A stretch of 64,000 nucleotides of DNA, from the IMG/VR virus record IMGVR_UViG_2868569063_000004, positions 1 to 64,000 of that record. One strand, 5' to 3'. Below are positions 59,995 to 64,000 of the stretch, one piece after another; positions within the stretch are counted from its first letter, which is position 1; the number at the start of each line of letters is the position of its first letter. This stretch comes from a virus. Its lineage: Duplodnaviria > Caudoviricetes. The notes under the pieces are model-generated. The model was not told the DNA's origin. It saw nothing but the letters and a program-made list of their open reading frames with translations, and did no database searches. Made by a program: the position numbers and the translations under genes.

Positions 59995-60186
59995 TCAGTC
60001 CTCTACAGGGACCTCTGTTTTTTCTGTGACAGCTAAATCAAAAATACAGCCTTCAAATGTATTCTTCAGTGCATTGATAAGATCAACTACCTCGCCATCT
60101 ACGTAAATAGATCCCTGTTCATCAATTGTAGCCTTCTTGATTTTCATCTGGGTAGTAGTTGTTGTTTTAATTTCTACTCCATTCAT
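59995..60186 (-). CDS. Small protein, possibly SPbeta YonK-like
   Basis: Size, position among HU genes and the DLINALKNTFEG pattern. Confidence 0.45.
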   Translation of the reverse strand: MNGVEIKTTTTTQMKIKKATIDEQGSIYVDGEVVDLINALKNTFEGCIFDLAVTEKTEVPVED

Positions 60187-60527
60187 CCTTTTCTTCCTTT
60201 CACTCTTTCCCACAATTTTAAAGCTTCTCTGTACTCTTTAATATTATCTTTCCTCCAACGAGCACTGTAACGTGCAGAGAATTTTAAAGTAGGTTCTATT
60301 GTTTTAATTTCTCCGTCAGGCATCTTTTTCTCATGACTTGGTACTAATTTACTAAACATACCAAATCCTGTGAACAGTCGAATTTCTACATCCTTATGTT
60401 CATTTGCTGACAGGAGTAAATCATACACAGTTTCTTCTAAAGCTTCATATATTTCAGCTATATTTTCTTCTTGATAGCCTGTTTTTTCTGAAACCTTAGC
60501 AATCAATTCTTTTTTGGAATATTTCAT
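60183..60527 (-). CDS. Divergent HU/IHF-like DNA-binding protein
   Basis: SKKELIAKVSEKTG...IRLFTGFGMF...P.GE...KFSARYS. Confidence 0.7.
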   Translation of the reverse strand: MKYSKKELIAKVSEKTGYQEENIAEIYEALEETVYDLLLSANEHKDVEIRLFTGFGMFSKLVPSHEKKMPDGEIKTIEPTLKFSARYSARWRKDNIKEYREALKLWERVKGRKG

Positions 60528-61141
60528 AATATTTCATCAATAGGGCAGTCAACGCCAACAATAGTATCAACAATTCCCAATTCTTTAGCTTCTTCTGGGA
60601 ACATATAATATTCTCGATCAGCAATACCGTCTAAAAAATCTTTGGTAATAGAAGTATTGGCATATACAAGTTCGGCTAATCTTTCATCACATTTATTATA
60701 AAAATTCATGATGTCATTTGCTTTTCTGGAAGTCTGCATAATACCGGTTTGTCCGTCATGAATACAAATTGTACTATTAGGAAAGATATATGATTTATCA
60801 CAGACCATTGGAATATAACTTGCCATACTTGCAGCCATTCCAATTATTAAGCAATAAACAGGTGTGATACTATGTTTAATACAATCAATGAGTCCCATTC
60901 CGAAGTTTACGACTCCACCTACTGAATTTAAAATAATCCAAATAGGCTTTCTTTTATCTTCAGGAACATCTTTATCTTCCTGATTATATTTCAAAATATA
61001 TAAACAGATGGACTCTAATAGATTGTTATTGATTTCATCGTTAATGATTAATCTACGATTGTCATAGTTGCTTTTGATGATATCAGCAACTAATTCATCT
61101 ACTCCACTTTTCATAATTGGAAAATCAAATAATTCTTCCAT
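60524..61141 (-). CDS. clpP: ClpP-like protease
   Basis: PIWIILNSVGG, GMAASMAS (Ser), ICIHD (His), DREYYMFPEEAKELGIVD. Confidence 0.85.
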   Translation of the reverse strand: MEELFDFPIMKSGVDELVADIIKSNYDNRRLIINDEINNNLLESICLYILKYNQEDKDVPEDKRKPIWIILNSVGGVVNFGMGLIDCIKHSITPVYCLIIGMAASMASYIPMVCDKSYIFPNSTICIHDGQTGIMQTSRKANDIMNFYNKCDERLAELVYANTSITKDFLDGIADREYYMFPEEAKELGIVDTIVGVDCPIDEIL

Positions 61142-61168
61142 ATGTTTCTCCTTGTAATCCTTATATTT

Positions 61169-62380
61169 TTAGAAGTGATCCTTTTCGAAAAGATCAGCGA
61201 AGAGCTTACTGGTTTCTGATCGCACATCTTCTCCAAGATAGATACATCCAAATTTTTCATTTCCTTTAAACTCATTACACATTTTAATGAGAGGATTATT
61301 AATCGTTTTACTTAACAGGGATTGTTTATAATCACCTGCAAGATAAATTTTACTGTTCTCTCCAAGTCGTGTACCAATAAGTTTAATTTGACTTTCTGAT
61401 AAATCTTCTGCTTCATCACAGAGAATAACAGTGTCATTATAAGTAGTACCTTTCATAAAGAACGGTACATTAGTATCTAACACACCAGATACTTTCAAAC
61501 TCTGTAATTCGAACTCTCCGCCATTAAGAGACTGAGAGAGTGGTTCAAAGAATCTCCCAACTTTATCTTCCATGTCGCCTGGAAGGAATCCGATCTCTTT
61601 ACCTTCACCAGAAACTTCTCGTACACCTAAGATTTTACTATTTCTGCCTTTCTCCTTTACATTGTATAGTGCCATTTGCATAGAAAGGTAAGTTTTTCCG
61701 CTGCCGTAACCACCGAGAATAGCCGCAATAGTGATATCTGGGTTATTCAAAATATCTAATGCACAACGTTGTAAGGAGTTTTTTGCCTTAATAAATTTGG
61801 AAGATGGCAGTTTTAGTGCCACAAACCCCTGACCATCATAGCGCATTTCTTTAGTAGTGCCATCGTCAGTATTTTCAATAATGAGATACTCATTGGTGTA
61901 CCAAGTTGAATAATCTAGTTCAGCCATAGCCTGATTGATAGCATTAGTATCACCTTTAATTACTTTATATCCTTTATATATCTCGTTAGTAGGCTCTACG
62001 ATTCCGTACACTGGCAGGTTAAAGACTTTCCTTGCAATATTTTTGCAGCACAAATCATCTGAAATGAATTCAATATCCTGAACTTTAGATAGAGTATAAG
62101 CACTAAAAACAATCCTGTTGTCTGGTCTAACTGGATCCAATTCAAAATTTAACAGTTGTTTTTCCATTTCAAAATTATAATTTATTACGGAATACTGATC
62201 ATGATTCTGATCTAAAAGACGAGCTATATGTCTAGCTTTGTATTTGATATCCTCATCTTTTCGAGAGGATGTTTTGATATTTTCGATTTCTCTAAGAGTT
62301 TCATCAGAGATGAAGAATCTTTCTTTGAATGCTGCCTCCTGGAGATTCAGGAGAGCATTGGTATCATAAAATTTAGTAAT
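61169..62380 (-). CDS. phoH: PIN-domain PhoH-family ATPase (403 aa, probable ATT start)
   Basis: GGYGSGKT, GFLPGD, DEAED, TRLG, GDYKQ. An in-frame upstream extension of 71 codons reads ITKFYDTNALL...REIE (PIN), with AAAGGAG 9 nt before ATT. Confidence 0.85.
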   Translation of the reverse strand: MTKFYDTNALLNLQEAAFKERFFISDETLREIENIKTSSRKDEDIKYKARHIARLLDQNHDQYSVINYNFEMEKQLLNFELDPVRPDNRIVFSAYTLSKVQDIEFISDDLCCKNIARKVFNLPVYGIVEPTNEIYKGYKVIKGDTNAINQAMAELDYSTWYTNEYLIIENTDDGTTKEMRYDGQGFVALKLPSSKFIKAKNSLQRCALDILNNPDITIAAILGGYGSGKTYLSMQMALYNVKEKGRNSKILGVREVSGEGKEIGFLPGDMEDKVGRFFEPLSQSLNGGEFELQSLKVSGVLDTNVPFFMKGTTYNDTVILCDEAEDLSESQIKLIGTRLGENSKIYLAGDYKQSLLSKTINNPLIKMCNEFKGNEKFGCIYLGEDVRSETSKLFADLFEKDHF

Positions 62381-62394
62381 AGTTAGGCACTCCT

Positions 62395-62574
62395 TTACAG
62401 TGATTTTGCTTTATCAGCATAGTAGTCCTCAATATATCTGTTGTTGCCTGAGGTCTTGTAATATCCTACATGATATCCTTTTTTGTTAATGTAACCTTTG
62501 TGCGTGTTTCTAATGATACCTTTGTCCATTAGTTTTTCAATTTCTTTCTTAGAAATCGGTTTAATAATAATCAA
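62395..62574 (-). CDS. Small basic hypothetical protein (IKPISKKEIEKLMDKG...DKAKSL)
   Basis: Translated by hand; fills the gap between neighbouring genes; TTG or ATT start. Confidence 0.55.
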   Translation of the reverse strand: MIIIKPISKKEIEKLMDKGIIRNTHKGYINKKGYHVGYYKTSGNNRYIEDYYADKAKSL

Positions 62575-62587
62575 CTCTTTCTATAAT

Positions 62588-62818
62588 TTATTTTTTATTA
62601 AATAGATGTTCGTAGATTTCCATACCCCTGTCATTCAGCATCCTGTAGTAAGGTTCCTGAGAAGACTCCCCATTTCTTCTCACAGTCACACCGGAACAGG
62701 CTGCGTTGTCACAGCGGAGGATATTTACTCCATCTACTTTTTTCAATGTTTTCCCACAGACAGGACATTTTCCTAAAAATTTCTGTCTGGCAAAATAAAG
62801 TCTATTATTGTTTTTCAT
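62588..62818 (-). CDS. Zn-ribbon hypothetical protein
   Basis: CPVCG...CDNAAC; GGGAG RBS. Confidence 0.65.
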   Translation of the reverse strand: MKNNNRLYFARQKFLGKCPVCGKTLKKVDGVNILRCDNAACSGVTVRRNGESSQEPYYRMLNDRGMEIYEHLFNKK

Positions 62819-62914
62819 CTCTATATCTCCCTTTCATAATATGCAGAATTTAAAGAATCTCGCAAACGCGCCTGTAGAGCGCATTTGCGGAAACTGAGGT
62901 CTATTTTGATAGCG

Positions 62915-63793
62915 TTACATATGCCTTTTTTCTCTATGTTTAGCGACTCTTTGACGAGTTTTTTCTAAATCAATAATATTTTGGCATTCAGAACAAAGCG
63001 TAGAACGATTATTCTTGGACATTGTAAAAAATTCTTTGCCACAACAATCACACGTAATAAGTTTTGTTTCATCTTTAGCATTTTTACTCTGGCAGTCGGT
63101 ACAATAAGGATTCCTTGCTTTGGAACTTTTCACCTTGTACGGCTTCCCGCAGCGTTTACACAGCTTTATCTTAGACTTCGGACCCAAGTTCTGATATTGA
63201 TAGCCCAATTCACGCATATCTGTAATTTTAAGTACCGGATCAGACTCATTATCAACAAATGTGATTCTTATATTGAAGCGAGTTATCTTCTTGCTCACTT
63301 CAACCAAACCAACTTCTTTTAAGTCGTAGATCATATGTGGACGATCATCCACTTTACAGGCAACTCTGGCGAGCTTAAACCACATTTCCATAGGATAGTT
63401 GATCCAATTATTGTTAGTTTCAGATTTCAAATTATTGAACTTTGCAATGACCAAGAGTGTGAACACAAGTCTTTCCCTGGCGGGGTTTTTGATTTCCTTG
63501 ATAGTATCTAACTCTTTCTGCGTAATAGGTATATAGTCAATGTTCAACAGGTCTCTTTTTTTGGCTTTACTGATACATTTATCTATAAATGAATACCAAG
63601 CATTAATATCAAATTCTGGTACGACTTTTGATACAAATTCTTCTATATTATTATATATTTCTTTCTGTGTATACTTTTCCTGATACATATATCTTGTTAG
63701 AAGCGCTATGACTGAACCTAAGTCTTTAGGATTAAATTCACCTAGCTCTAACATCCTTTCAACATATTCTTTCTCATTGAGTATTAAATCCAT
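62915..63793 (-). CDS. Conserved phage protein with C-terminal Zn fingers (possible DNA-binding/regulatory)
   Basis: Start MDLILNEK with GGAG RBS; RLVFTLLVIAK; CKRCG...YCTDC...CDCCG...CSEC. Confidence 0.7.
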   Translation of the reverse strand: MDLILNEKEYVERMLELGEFNPKDLGSVIALLTRYMYQEKYTQKEIYNNIEEFVSKVVPEFDINAWYSFIDKCISKAKKRDLLNIDYIPITQKELDTIKEIKNPARERLVFTLLVIAKFNNLKSETNNNWINYPMEMWFKLARVACKVDDRPHMIYDLKEVGLVEVSKKITRFNIRITFVDNESDPVLKITDMRELGYQYQNLGPKSKIKLCKRCGKPYKVKSSKARNPYCTDCQSKNAKDETKLITCDCCGKEFFTMSKNNRSTLCSECQNIIDLEKTRQRVAKHREKRHM

Positions 63794-64000
63794 TCTCTTT
63801 CTCCTTCCATGTAAACTTTTTTCATAGTAAAATGTTCTCCGCAATATTCTATATCCCCAGATGGATCCTTTACTGGTATTTGAGCATATCCTTCAGTACG
63901 TGAGAGAAGATTTTTGATAATAGTATCTCCTGACATTTCCCAGATAAAAGATTTTCCTTTTTTAGAACTGTATCCTAAATCAACAAGGATATTGCAGAGT
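63784..64000 (-). CDS. 3' end (partial) of a probable YonO-like single-subunit RNA polymerase
   Basis: Hand translation LCNILVDLGYSSKKGKSFIWEMSGDTIIKNL...IPVKDPSGDIEYCGEHFTM resembles YonO-family C-termini as I recall them; synteny with SPbeta-like late genes. Confidence 0.5.
   Translation of the reverse strand, partial: LCNILVDLGYSSKKGKSFIWEMSGDTIIKNLLSRTEGYAQIPVKDPSGDIEYCGEHFTMKKVYMEGEREWI

Noticed and set aside
1-64000. CRISPR array, DGR template repeat or RT, stop-codon recoding
   Set aside because: No regularly spaced repeats, no second copy of the variable repeat and no RT motifs were seen by eye. Genes are full-length in the standard code and no suppressor tRNA was found.

Overview
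Late (virion morphogenesis and lysis) region of a large AT-rich siphophage with SPbeta-like gene order, probably infecting a gut Firmicute (Clostridia/Lachnospiraceae-like host; inference). Almost all genes are on the minus strand. Reading from 64000 to 1: 3' end of a probable YonO-like RNA polymerase, small Zn-finger genes, PIN-PhoH, ClpP, two HU-like genes, a GIY-YIG endonuclease, a tRNA cluster, terminases, portal, scaffold/protease, capsid, connectors, major tail protein, tape measure, Dit, Tal, holins, large receptor-binding/fibre proteins, endolysin and a second GIY-YIG endonuclease. The main discovery is that the tape measure gene is split by a 3,846-nt group I intron (minus strand, 40586 to 36741). 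Its ribozyme core, internal guide sequence (P1/P10), P9.0 and terminal G can all be read from the sequence, and splicing restores an in-frame 3,747-aa protein. No homing endonuclease is recognisable inside it. Instead its P9 region holds a ~3.4-kb island of at least six genes, most of them antisense, with hairpin terminators and apparent relics of earlier gene 3' ends, so the intron may act as a cargo-gene landing pad inside an essential gene. Other points: a tail-fibre C-terminus that looks like an orphan DGR variable repeat with its hairpin, an internal start in the endolysin, probable ATT start codons and a circularly permuted CUB-like domain. All family assignments come from motif recognition and synteny; no database searches were run.
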